From: Eledone cirrhosa
Lineage: Eukaryota
Assembly: GCA_964016885.1 (NCBI GenBank)
Contig: OZ024742.1
Span: 12,586,001-12,650,000, forward strand
DNA: 64,000 nucleotides
Reading direction: 5' to 3'
This document shows, piece after piece, positions 28,385 to 40,320 of this stretch. The notes below the pieces were generated by a model, which did no database searches, was not told the origin of the DNA, and worked only from the letters and a program-made list of their open reading frames with translations. The stretch's first letter is position 1. Each line of letters opens with the position of its first letter. The position numbers and the translations under genes were made by a program.

Positions 28385-29110
28385 GATAATTTAATATATC
28401 TACTAACATAAGCGCACAGATGTACGCTAATGCCAGCAAATACACAGGTTATGTCATAGTACCTAGGTGGTTCAATGCAGGAGGATGCAGAACAATAATA
28501 TAAAAGACGTAAAATAAGAAAATTTAAAAAAAAAATTAAAAAAAAATTAACTTACTTAAATTTTCACTCCAACTAATTAGTTTCTGCAATGGGATAAAGA
28601 CAGTTACGTAATGAACTGTTGAGAATTTCATTGCGTCATCAGGGAGGTCTATTCTCAGCCAAGTCTCCAGGCAATGCGCGGAAACTGGGGACTCATATAA
28701 AAATAATAATAATTCGGTAAATGGAACAGCTATCGAGGACTGGATTCCAGGCACTGAAAATTCTCACTGCCACTGATCAAATGGCCGATTCTAAAGAATC
28801 AATCACGTGACACAGAGGCTAGTCAGTAGGAATGGGATAGTAAGATGATAGACGCCTACTAACACCCCCCAAAAAATTTACAAGAGGTTTTGGCAGGTTT
28901 GCTCGACAAATCAGTGATTTGGAGATAAATATAGATAATTTAATATATCTACTAACATAAGCGCACAGATATACGCTAATGCCAGCAAATACACAGGTTA
29001 TGTCATAGTGCCTAGGTGGTTCAATGCAGGAGGATGCAGAACAATAATATAAAAGACGTAAAATAAGAAAATTAAAAAAAAAAAAATTTTTTTAAATTAA
29101 CTTACTTTAA
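28383..29110 (-). mobile_element. Retrozyme/pLTR-like repeat family E, ~1.3 tandem units (period ~550)
   Basis: 28383-28560 repeats at 28933-29110. Diverged homologue of 30203-31455. HHR at 28566-28647. Confidence 0.75.
28566..28647 (-). ncRNA. Type I hammerhead ribozyme (family E, subfamily 2)
   Basis: Minus strand: CTCC CTGATGA cGCAATG...CATTGCa GAAA CTAATTAG TT^ GGAG. Confidence 0.8.
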
Positions 29111-29489
29111 ATATGTATGTATATATGTGTATATATGTATGTATTATTTTCATGTTATTTCCTCAAGCTGGCTCGACTAAGGCTAGGTCTCCCTTTTATC
29201 CCGTTGGAAGTAGATTAATTAGTTTTGAGATAAGAGCTTTTCTGCTAAATGCTTCTTTCCTGATAATGTCTTTTATCAAACTATACTCTATTACGTATTG
29301 TTAGGGCGTCAGGTTCCTAGTAGCAAAGGATTCTGATTGTTTCGTCTTCTTTTCAGATTACCGATTCCAATGTTCAACTTTTCACCTCCCGCCCTCGATG
29401 ATTCTGAAAGCGGTAAAACTACTGTATCGAATAAGGATGTGGTGTCATTGATTCATATATATATATATATATATATTACTTGGACAGTC

Positions 29490-29540
29490 GGCTTCCTGAT
29501 GATTTCTCTCAAATGAAACAGATCTAGTTCTGTAGAAGCC
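29490..29540 (+). ncRNA. Type I hammerhead ribozyme (family C, second copy)
   Basis: Identical to 24855-24905; part of a ~230-bp direct duplication (24680-24910 = 29313-29546). Confidence 0.8.
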
Positions 29541-29781
29541 TTTTCTATATATATATATATATATATATCACGATAAATCAACGGAGCCGTAGACCCTCGC
29601 CATTCCCTGCAAATAACGTGTTATATAGTTATAGAGGTATTTATTTACGCTTTAATTTATATTTTTAATTATCGTATCTATAGTCTGCCTTTCATAGGTT
29701 ATAGATTCCATACACTGGTGGTTTTTCCCTGTTTTATTGATAGCGCACTGTATATCTCTCTCTAGTGTGTTGCCTTTTCAA

Positions 29782-29846
<65 letters not shown>

Positions 29847-29883
29847 AGGACGATTTGTTAAGCCTTCATTACGTTTATTGATT

Positions 29884-29968
29884 GGTGACGCGAGTTTCGC
29901 TATTGATCGGCTCAAAGTCCAATCTGTATCGATCTAGCCCGACTCTGGAATCAAAAGCTCGTCGGACT
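29884..29968 (-). ncRNA. Degenerate hammerhead-like motif (family F)
   Basis: Minus strand: CCGACGA (core U to C) GCTtTTGATT...GATCAAtAGC GAAA CTCGCG TC^. Stem I is poor. Confidence 0.45.
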
Positions 29969-30108
29969 TCTGCCGTTATACTCCCTGGGTATATATATAT
30001 GTATATATATATATATATAATAGTAGAACACTGGAGGGTTATATCAGTAGTAGTAGAGCACCTGATCCATGGGACGAGTTTGGTAGAAGTCTAAAATTTT
30101 AGACCGAG

Positions 30109-30137
30109 CTGAGGATCCGAAAGAGGAGAAACATTTG

Positions 30138-30140
<3 letters not shown>
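30109..30140 (+). ncRNA. Truncated hammerhead core (family G)
   Basis: CTGAGGA TCC-gaaaga-GGA GAAA CATTTG TT runs directly into (TA)n; the 3' strand of stem I is absent. Confidence 0.5.
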
Positions 30141-30208
<68 letters not shown>

Positions 30209-30377
30209 ATTAATACATCTACCAACATATGCGTACAGATGTATACTAATACTAGTAAATATATAAGTGTCAAAGTACCTAGGTGGTTCAATGCAGGGGG
30301 ATGCAGAACAATTATATGAAAGACGTAAAATAAAGAAATTTTAAAAATTAAAAATTAACTTACTTACTAAAATTTTC

Positions 30378-30459
30378 ACTCCAACTAATTAGTTTCTGTA
30401 ATGGGATAAATATAGTTACACAACGTAACTTTCGAGAATTCATTACGTCATCAGGGAGT
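30378..30459 (-). ncRNA. Type I hammerhead ribozyme (family E, inverted arm)
   Basis: Reverse complement of 31310-31391. Confidence 0.8.
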
Positions 30460-30771
30460 CTATTCTCAGATAAGTTCCCAGGCAATGCGCGGACACTAGG
30501 AACCCATATAAAAATAATAATTCAGTGGATGTAATAAGCTAGCGGGGACTAAATTCCATAGCACTGAAAAAGTTCACTGCCTCTGGTCAGTGGTGGAATC
30601 TAAAGAATCAATCACGTGATTGATTCTTTAGATTCCACCACTGACCAGAGGCAGTGAACTTTTTCAGTGCTATGGAATTTAGTCCCCGCTAGCTTATTAC
30701 ATCCACTGAATTATTATTTTTATATGGGTTCCTAGTGTCCGCGCATTGCCTGGGAACTTATCTGAGAATAG

Positions 30772-30853
30772 ACTCCCTGATGACGTAATGAATTCTCAAA
30801 AGTTACGTTGTGTAACTATATTTATCCCATTACAGAAACTAATTAGTTGGAGT
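30772..30853 (+). ncRNA. Type I hammerhead ribozyme (family E)
   Basis: ACTCC CTGATGA cGTAATG...GTTAC-gttgt-GTAAC...CATTACa GAAA CTAATTAG TT^ GGAGT. Confidence 0.82.
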
Positions 30854-31309
30854 GAAAATTTTAGTAAGTTAATTTTTAATTTTTAATTTTTAAAATTTCC
30901 TTATTTTACGTCTTTCATATAATTGTTCTGCATCCCCCTGCATTGAACCACCTAGGTACTTTGACATAACTTATATATTTACTAGTATTAGTGTACATCT
31001 GTACGCATATGTTGGTAGATGTATTAATTCTCTATATTTATCTCCAAATTATTTGTTGAGCAAACTTGCCAAATCTACTGCTAATTCATTTTAGTAGTAG
31101 TAGGCTCTTGTCATAATACCACCCCACTCCTAACTGACTAACCTCAGTGTCACGTGATTGATTCTTTAGATTCTACCACTGACCAGAGGCAGTGAACTTT
31201 TTCAGTGCTATGGAATTTAGTCCCCGCTAGCTTATTACATCCACTGAATTATTATTTTTATATGGGTTCCTAGTGTCCGCGCATTGCCTGGGAACTTATC
31301 TGAGAATAG

Positions 31310-31391
31310 ACTCCCTGATGACGTAATGAATTCTCGAAAGTTACGTTGTGTAACTATATTTATCCCATTACAGAAACTAATTAGTTGGAGT
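31310..31391 (+). ncRNA. Type I hammerhead ribozyme (family E, tandem copy)
   Basis: Same as 30772-30853 with one substitution, 538 bp downstream. Confidence 0.82.
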
Positions 31392-31447
31392 GAAAATTTT
31401 AGTAAGTAAGTTAATTTTTAAATTTTAAAATTTCCTTATTTTACGTC

Positions 31448-31521
<74 letters not shown>

Positions 31522-31525
<4 letters not shown>

Positions 31526-31933
31526 CGGCGATGAATTAGTTTTGCGCGGTTTTTTATATGAAATCGTGTGTCGAAACAAATATTGTTATACTTGGGGAGG
31601 GTCATATTTGTGTAATATTGCCAGAATTAATAACAGAACACACTCACTGTTTGGTTGGTTTTCGCTTTTCGCTTCTGTGTCTTTCATATCGGTAATCTAA
31701 TTTATTCGGTCCTCAATGTTGCCATTGACTGACCAACGGTAACAAATAATACAGATACAATATAGACACAAACACATATATATAGTTTATCATAAATCTT
31801 TCGTTGCACATCTGCAACATCGTCAGTGGTGCTATTGTTTCCTCGCGTTGCATTGTATGTCTACGCCATTTTTATTCAGTCTGTTATTAATGCTGGCAAT
31901 ATTACACAAATATGACCCTCCCCAAGTATAACA

Positions 31934-31935
<2 letters not shown>
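31522..31935. mobile_element. HHR-bearing repeat (family A) with inversion
   Basis: 31610-31680 matches 14728-14790 (+). 31770-31870 is the reverse complement of 14810-14920. 31892-31935 inverts 31580-31625. (TA)n flanks. Confidence 0.65.
31782..31835 (-). ncRNA. Type I hammerhead ribozyme-like motif (family A)
   Basis: Minus strand: atagcacca CTGACGA t GTTGCA-gatg-TGCAAC GAAA GATT TA^ tgataaactat. Differs from the 14856 copy at N7 and in loop II, with stem II conserved. Confidence 0.6.
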
Positions 31936-31966
<31 letters not shown>

Positions 31967-32699
31967 AAACAATACGAACATCATCGGAATAAAACTTTCC
32001 TAGAACTTACTGAATTTATTAATTTTATTTAAAAGGACTTTTGGCTTTCTCCTTAACTACACAACTGTTTCGCTCAATTATTAACAAAATTAATCCTGAT
32101 CTGTGTCGGGGAAACTCACTAATTAAGAATATAAACTAAACTGGTGTGTAATGGGATCCCTGAGCGATACAAGGCATAAAATATTGGATAACCAGGTTTT
32201 CTTATAACGATGATCGCTTCTTCAAATATTCATGTACACGCCATCATAGGACAAGACATCTTGTGTTTAAAGAAAGAAGATTGAAAGGTTAGAGTAAGAA
32301 ACCCTTTAAGCTGAGGTCTCTCGAAGGATGGCCCATAATTAAAAATAAACAATATTAGCACGGTACATAAAGTTGATATTTCTTAGTGGAACAGGAAAAG
32401 GTGCTGGCGAATATGAACCAAAGATTATATTATTCTAATTTCACCATCACCTTTCACATAGAAGTGAGCAAATTTACCTTCGTTTTGTATAACTTTAACA
32501 AAACAAATCCATGTGGTGGATTACCTGAATCATACGAAGCTGAAATCTCGTACACTGCTTTGAGGTATCTGTTTCGGTTATTTATATTCTGGGTTTAAAT
32601 TAACATCGATTACCTTTCATTTTCATCGCTTCGTAGCCGACCAAATAACATCAGTCAAGAAAGAGTGTATATATAATCGACTCCTACTACCACAAATTC

Positions 32700-33215
32700 T
32701 TGGGGGCTCAGGATTTCTTCTCCAGGAAATGGCGAGGGTCTACGGCTCCGTTGATTTATCGTGATATTTTGCTCCTTATAACAGTCTTTCCTCTCTCTAT
32801 GTTTGGCTGAGCACACTTCTCTGAGTTGTTTGGGTTGCCCTTTCTAGCAGCTCGTCCCTCAGAGGCCACTGGTTCACTGCCCTTAAACACGCTGTGACTT
32901 CTCTCTCCCACGTGTAGCTGGACAGTCAATTTTAAAATTCTCTTAGTGTTGTCTGAAATGTATAGCCTTACACACGCTGAGGAACCGTGGTTATTCCATT
33001 TCTGTCAACAACTTTCTGGCGAAACAGATCACTTTGGATTTGTACGTGTGTTATATAGTTATGAGGTATTTATTTACGCTTTAATTTATATTTTTAATTA
33101 TCGTGTCTATAGTCTGCCTTTCATAGGTTATAGATTACATACACTGGGGGTTTTTCCCTGTTTTATTGATAGCGCACTGTATATCTCTCTCTGGTGTGTT
33201 ACCTTTTCAACATGT

Positions 33216-33271
<56 letters not shown>

Positions 33272-33310
33272 AGGACGATTTGTTAAGCCTTCATTACGTT
33301 TATTGATACG
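32700..33310 (+). mobile_element. HHR-bearing repeat (family H), probable PLE pLTR
   Basis: 33044-33307 is paralogous to 29616-29882; 32722-32764 is inverted at 29568-29609. Confidence 0.7.
32970..33051 (+). ncRNA. Type I hammerhead ribozyme (family H)
   Basis: ACACACG CTGAGGA aCCG...TGGc GAAA CAGATC-actttg-GATTTG TA^ CGTGTGT. Stem I 7 bp, stem III 6 bp, GUA triplet. Confidence 0.85.
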
Positions 33311-33368
33311 TTTATTGGGTGGCGGGAGATGTTAAATATCATTAATTTATATAATTAAATAACTGAAA

Positions 33369-33797
33369 GTATGAATGTACGTATAGTATATTTGATAATA
33401 TACTGTATGTTTACTTAAAAACATTTTGAAGACCATTCGCTATGAGTTTTAACGTAGTGACTACGTCACTTACTTGGTCTCGACAAAAGCAAATGGAAGT
33501 AATCAACGGTCCCGTTTCTCGCATGTTAGTAGTTGTCAAGAGTACATATCCTTTCGCTTCTGCCGGGGCAATTCTATAAGAATCAAGCTTCTATAACTCT
33601 CGGCAGAAGCGAAGGGATATATAATCTTGACAACCGCTAATGAGCGAGAAGGGGGACCGTCGATTACTTTCCTTTGCTTTTGCCGAGACCAAGTAAGTGA
33701 CGTAGTCACTACTTTAAAACACATAACGAGTGGTCTTCAAAATGTTTTTAAGTAAACGTACAGTATATTATCAAACATACTATACGTACCTTCATAC
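33369..33797. mobile_element. Fold-back MITE (~430 bp, arms ~200 bp)
   Basis: The whole element is an imperfect palindrome; a decayed half-copy lies at 50270-50480. Confidence 0.85.
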
Positions 33798-35387
33798 ATA
33801 CATCGTTATTTCAGAGCACCAGTACTAACGGAAAGTATGTTGTAAAGTGAAAGATTAGCGATTACCTCTGCTAGTAAATCAAAGGTTTCCGAGTTTGTTG
33901 ATGTTGGTTTCAAAGTTTTCATGTCTTTCTTTTACAACAAAAGCTGCCATCGCCGTATTTGAGAACCTGGATTAACATCAAAATCAAAAGATAAATGTTC
34001 TACCTGACATATTTTATCTTCCATTAAGAAAGAAAAGAAAGCTAATGAGTTTTCTCCCCGTATTATTTGAGACTAGAAGAGAACAAAAACAAACAAAGAG
34101 AAATCGAAGAAAGTAGGTTTCTTATTTGTTGTTATTGCTGTTATTGTTGTTATTGTTGTTATTGTTACTGTTATTGATCTTCATTATAATAGGTGACATT
34201 GATGTAGATTTTTCCCGTTGTTTGTCCTGTTATTTGTTTTGTTGTTGTTTCGAATCTTATTAGCGATTTCTTCTTTTCTTCAACATATTAAATATCACCT
34301 TTGTTATTATTCTTGAAGTATCTATTGTTGTTATTCTTGTTGTTGTAGCTCTCATTACTGTTGATGTGTTTATTATTGTAATAATATTTACATTCATAGG
34401 AATAATTTGAACACTCGAACACAAGGAATGACTCTTAAAATAAACGAATGCCTTCAATAATAAGAGTAGATCGGGTAGATATACCCGCCTAAGGGCATAG
34501 ACCAGTGGCCAGTAGTTGATAAAGAGAAAGGTAAAGTTGTGAGGTAGGTGACAGGTAGACGAATCAGAGATGATTGAGAGAAGAGAGTGTTGGTACGCAA
34601 GAGTGATTAAAGTTGTGATGTTTGTGATAGGTAGATTAAAGTTGTGAAGTGGGTGACAAAGCGATGAATATAGAGATGATTGCGAGAGAAGTGCGCTGGT
34701 ACGTAAAAGTGATAAGTAAAGAAGAAAAAAAGGAAAGCAATGGAGATTAGGGTCACAATATGAGTTGAGATAAATTAAAAAAGATATAAAAACCACACAA
34801 ACATCTGACCTCATCAGCTCTCAATTTGGCTTGCAGTTTCGTACAAATTAATTGAGAAAACTGCAATTAACATTAATATTTTTGAGGATATTAACATTTT
34901 TGTTGGAGTGGTTGTTACTACTATTGTTCAAATTTATATGTTTGTTGTCCTTGCTTTGTATTAGATAATTATCTTGTTCTTGTTTTTCTTGTTGTTGCTG
35001 TGAATTTATTCATATTGCTTTTGTTGTTATTGTTGACGTCGTTACTGATGCTATCAATATTACTGACATCTTTGTTGTAGTATAATTGACATTCTTTTGC
35101 TATTAATGACTGTAGTTGATGCGATTATTGACATCTAATGTCATTGTTCCGGACATCTCTCTATAGCTCCAGATCAGGCCTGACCAAGCAAGATTTATGA
35201 TGAAAAGCCACCTATGACCCTGATTTCCTATATATCTAGAACTATTGTCCAATGTGTACCTCAATACTATAAGACGACGGGAAATAATTTGAAACAGATT
35301 ATGTGACTATTTCTACTAAATCACGTGACTATCTTTAAAGTTGAAGTTGTTGTTGTAATTGTTGTTATTGTGTTGATATAGTTAAGG

Positions 35388-35589
35388 TACGAAGGTGGGT
35401 TGAAAAGTTCATAGGTTGACGAAGAAGGAGTGACGCTAGAGCTGTGAAATCTTTCGTGTATTAATTCCAACTGTTCTTATTAATAAATGTATTGGTTCTT
35501 TCCAGGGACTATGTTGAAAAATAAACCTCATTTGGTCATTCCATGAGAGTATCTTGGTCAGCCTATGAACTTATCAGCCGAACCTCATA
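35388..35589. mobile_element. Tc1/mariner-type MITE
   Basis: TA-CGAAGG...GTTGAAAAGTTCATAGGTTGAC ... GTCAGCCTATGAACTTATCAGC...CCTCA-TA; ~35-bp TIRs with TA flanks. Confidence 0.7.
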
Positions 35590-35727
35590 GCAGTTTCTCT
35601 GACAATGGCGTCTATTGTACTGATTGTCCGTGTTGTGTTTCTTGTAATACTTATTGTTATTAAGATATTGCTGTTGTTGCTATTGTTGTTGTTGCTATTG
35701 TTGTTGTTCTTTATTATTTTCATTACA

Positions 35728-35910
35728 CGGGCGGTGGATTGGCAGTATCGGTAGAGTGTCGGATGCCATGCTTTGCAGCATAGAGTTACGGCTGTTTACG
35801 GCCTGAGTTCAAATCCCGCCGACGTTAAGTTTGCTTTTCATCCTTACGGGTCGATACCTGTAATACACTGGGATAATTGCTGGCCTTGTGCCAAAAGTAG
35901 AAATAATTAT
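35728..35910 (+). mobile_element. tRNA-derived SINE
   Basis: A-box-like TGGCAGTATCGG, B box GAGTTCAAATCCC, tail ATTGCTGGCCTTGTGCCAAAAGTAGAAA. Relatives near 22015, 38520(-), 39635, 41415(-), 45543, 45830, 46140, 48105 and 48280. Confidence 0.85.
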
Positions 35911-37024
35911 TTTCATTACGTTCTTATTGTTACTGCAGTTGTTGTTCTCATTACATTCTTGCTGCTTTATACTATTGCTAGGTAACATAATTGCTGCTTT
36001 ATACTGCTGCTAGGTTACACAATTGATGTAGAACACCCCCACCCCACCCCACCCTCTCACTATTTTTCATGTTTTGTCTTAACAAAACGGAATAAATGCC
36101 GTTGTTATTTCTTGGGGTTTTAATCGACAATAAACGTATAAATACACACACATACACACAACATATGTATATATATATATATATATTATTTACACACACA
36201 CACACACATATATATACATTAGATATATAAATATATATACATTATATATGTATATATACATTATATATACATTATATACACACACACACACACACATATA
36301 TACATATATATATATATAACGTGTATATATATACATTATATATATAAATACATATATACATTATATATGTATATATATATATTAATTAAAATAACAGATT
36401 AAAGTTTAAGCAAAGAATCGCTGCTTTCACCCTTAAAGATCCCGTTAAGGGTGAAAGCAGCGATTCTTTGCTTAAACTGGAATCTGTTATTTTAATAAAT
36501 ATTTGCTCTACGGTTCTTATATATTTGATATATATTTATCTTTATCGAGCCCTCTTTAGATTTTAGTCTTCAAATTTATTATTATTACTATATATATATA
36601 CAGAGAAATATTTGTTCAAACCACAACAAAGAGATGACCGTGCTTACACAAGACACGAAGCAGTTAACATAAGATTCTCAGCTTATTTCCAACACATTTC
36701 CAACTCATATTCTATACTAACCAATTCTTTGTAAATATTTCTTCCTCTATTTTCCGTCCTCTTTCTTTGTTCCACCTTAAAGTACTTTCTTTCCCTCGTT
36801 GCTATTTTACTATTTTCACCTTTTTGTGAAATTCGTCGCCATTTTCTTTTATTAATACTAACGGAATAGATGAAGGAAAGAACGAATAAACGACAGAATG
36901 ACTAAAGAATGAAATGAATAAGAATAAGAATAAGGAAATGAATGAAGAGCCACACCCCTCTCCCATATTAAAAAATCTGGATTGTGATGTGAAGAATGGA
37001 AATCTGAAAAAAAAACGAGAATGT

Positions 37025-37380
37025 ATATTTATGTGTATTGGTGTGTCTGTGTGGTTGTGTGGTTGTGTGCGTGTGTATGTGTGTGCTGGTGTGTCTGTGT
37101 GGTTGTGTGCGTGTGTATGTGTGTGTGTTGGTGTGTCTGTGTGGTTGTGTGTCTGTGTGGGTGTGTGTTGGTGTGTGGGTGGGTGCTGGTGTGGGTGTGT
37201 TGGTGTGGGTGTGTAGGTGTGTGGTTGTGTGTCTGTGTGGGTGTGTGTTGGTGTGGCTGTGTGGGTGTTTGTTGGAGTGGGTGTGTGGGTGGTGTGTGGT
37301 TGTGTGTCTGTGTGGCTGTGTGGTTGAGTGTTGGTGTGGCTGTGTGCTCGTGTGCGTGTGTATGAGAATGTGTGTACGTA
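37025..37380. repeat. Degenerate (GT)-rich tract
   Basis: Seen directly. Confidence 0.85.
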
Positions 37381-37418
<38 letters not shown>

Positions 37419-37506
37419 ACTCTTTCCGATTAAGCGCATGTATACATATGTATAGTGTATTGTGTCCTGTGTTGTATTTCTCACCAATCTATACATACAT
37501 ATAACC

Positions 37507-37583
<77 letters not shown>

Positions 37584-38644
37584 TACATATATGAATATGG
37601 AGGTTGGCCAAGAATTGGAATAAGATTTGAATGAAACATAATATAAGGAGATTTCTGGAGAATGCATTGAAATGAAAAAGAAGGAAAATGGAAATAAAAT
37701 GAGGGAGAGGGGGGTGGGTGATGGGGGCGGCAGAGGAATTCAAAGAATCGGTCTCTATTGAAAATAGGTTTTTTCACATTAATCTATTAAACAGAATAAA
37801 TATTTAGAATTCGTGTGAGGCCACATACGTTCCGATAATATTTTGGCCATATTTATGTGGTTTCACATCGTTAGATTTCAATATGTTTTTCTTTTCTTTA
37901 TATTCTTTCATCTGTTTAATAGTACATTTTATCTGGTTTCCATGCAGAGGTAACTAACAGATCACTGCAGTATTTCGTTGTTTGTCTTTCTTATGTTTGG
38001 GGGGGGGAGGGGGGGTTACTATTATTATTCTAGACTTTTGGGAAACGGACACTGAACATAACTATTGCATATTCTTCCAGACTGATATTGTATTGGAACT
38101 TAAACAAATCATAATTTATATGTTTGGTACAGACATGACAGAGACTTGTGAGGTTCAATGTCTGTCGCATCCTTTCCTGGTTCTATCTTTTAATGAATTC
38201 TTACCGCAGTAAAGGGAGAGGGCGCTGAGGGGGGAGGGGAGAAGAGAGGGTCCCTGACATAGAAACAAGAATTATAATTTAGACAACTAAAATAGAATTA
38301 TATTTCTATAGACAAAAGGTAATTCTGTATTAAATTCGTTTTTAAATGTTTATAGCTCCATTACACTTGATGAAATGGTAGGAGAGCCATCGTGACACAC
38401 GGCCTATCTTGGTCATTTGTGACCTGGTGGAGTCTATCATTCACCAGGAACGAACATGTAGAGTTCTTCCAGAGAAGATATAGAATGAGATCGCTATAGA
38501 GATGAACTGTGGAATGGATAGCGAGGACAAATTTACTACAGTACTAAACTGGAACTTTATTCTTCAACTTCCAAAGGATGAAAGGCAAAGTTGACCTCGG
38601 TGGGATTTGAACTCAAAGTACGTAAGCTACATTGTGAGTTGAAA

Positions 38645-38945
38645 TCTTCTTCTCCTCCTCATCTTTTTCTTTTTCTCCTCTTCTTTTTTCTTCTTCTTCG
38701 CCCACTTAATCCTGAGACGGTCGGAGGACAGAGTCCTCAAACACTCCTTCCAGTGGGTCCTGTCAGAAGCAACCGGCTCCAATTGATCCGGCTGGATCCC
38801 CAAGCGTGACCAGCCAAGCTCATGGATGTTATCCAACCATCTTGCTCGGGGTCTATCCCTAGTTCACTTGCCCGTAAAATCTGTCAAGTGATTCTTTCCT
38901 GAGACATTCTAACCACATAGCCAAAGTATCGGAACTTATTTGATA
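38645..38945 (-). mobile_element. 3' end of an RTE-clade LINE with (GAA)n tail, decayed
   Basis: Minus strand reads FRYFGYVVRMSQER...RDRPRARWLDNI...LGI...ASDRTHWK, matching the RTE C-terminal WFGHVxRM...RGRP..RW.D...A.DR..W pattern. Confidence 0.8.
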
Positions 38946-39493
38946 TTATCATAACAAATAAAAACAAATATTCTCTGCATGTCATATGATTTCAGTTTCT
39001 AACATAATTTCACTTTGAAATAGTTTGTCTTCATGATTTGGGTAAACTTGCAACCATCATGAAGTTGCTGACATTTAACCAAACGCTACAAGTTCTAAAT
39101 GGTAAACAAACGACAGGTTTCGGTCGTCACACAGTTTTATTGAGAATATTATAGGAATAACGCTATCCATAAAATTCAGTGAAGCCTGAAGGTGCCACAA
39201 ACTGTTAGAGTGAAGGTTAGAGAATAAGATTTTATGAGTTTCCTGAAATAAACTACCTTACTTGAAATACTCTATAAATTATCTAAAACTGACTGGAGGT
39301 ATCTCACACAAGTATTTTTATTTTGCTTCAAACATCATCAGCATCCCCCTCTCTCTATCTATATATATATATATATTTGTATATATACACACACATACAT
39401 ATATATGATGTGTGTATGTGTTTATATATATATATATATATATGGGGGCGGGAGTGCTTATGTGATGTGTGTGTCTTTATATATATATTTGTG

Positions 39494-39528
<35 letters not shown>

Positions 39529-40009
39529 GAGCGTGGGAGTGTGTGCGCTTGTGTGTGTCTGTCTGTGTGTATTAGTGTGTATGGGGGGGGGGTTAAAAAC
39601 AGGAAGGTGCAGCCGAATGGTGAATAACTTTACTTACCAAACTTTGCCTTTCATCCCTACGGGGTCGATAAAATAAAGTACCAGTAATGTACTGTGAAAA
39701 TTGCTGGCCTTGTGCCAAAAGTAGAAACAATAATAATAATAATCAACCAGTGCTCATAGACTGATGTTGTACTGAAACATGTGTTAAAGAAGGGACTCTA
39801 ATTAATTTTTTCTCAACTAACTTCTACTTGATGCCTTGTTGTTTGTTTTTCTTATACCTTTAAATTTATATATACACACACACACGTATATATATATATA
39901 CACACACGTATATATATCAGTCATACTCAGAGAAACTCTCTCCATCCCTTTTTCTTCCCCATTATCTTTTGTTTGGCACAAAATTCTCTAAATAGCTATA
40001 CAAAAATTC

Positions 40010-40320
40010 CAAAATAGGGCGCGAAATTTAATGTACTTGTTGACGTGCCGTCATAATTCCATTTCTAACCAATCAAATTATATTTATAAAAAAAAGCCTT
40101 CGTGAGCCACTTTTTCTTAAGTAAAAAGAAATTCAAACACAAACTGGCGCGAAAGCTGATGTGCTTATTCACGTGACTGCATCAACCAACCAAACTTCAC
40201 TCATATATGAAAAAAACAACCTGAGCCCCACCCCCCCTTTGTTTGAAGAACTTTGTAACGCAAACTGGCGCGAAATTTATTATACTTATTCACCCACCAA
40301 TCAAATTACTTCTCTAAAAA
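40010..40320. promoter_or_regulatory. Three ~120-128-bp diverged repeats, each with an E2F-type site and a CCAAT(-like) box
   Basis: GGCGCGAAA at 40018, 40146 and 40267; CCAAT at 40069 and 40297 (CCAAC at 40186). Confidence 0.45.

Larger units (their letters stand above)
30203..31455 (+). mobile_element. Retrozyme/pLTR-like repeat family E: 538-bp unit, ~1.6 tandem copies preceded by an inverted arm
   Basis: Palindrome centred on CACGTG (30613-30618) with ~410-bp arms. 30612-30920 repeats at 31150-31455. Three HHRs; microsatellite flanks. Confidence 0.85.

Noticed and set aside
31525-31592. Hairpin followed by GAAACAAATATTGTT as an HHR
   Set aside because: The CTGANGA box is corrupted (GCGATGA) and stem I is absent; possibly a relic, not counted.
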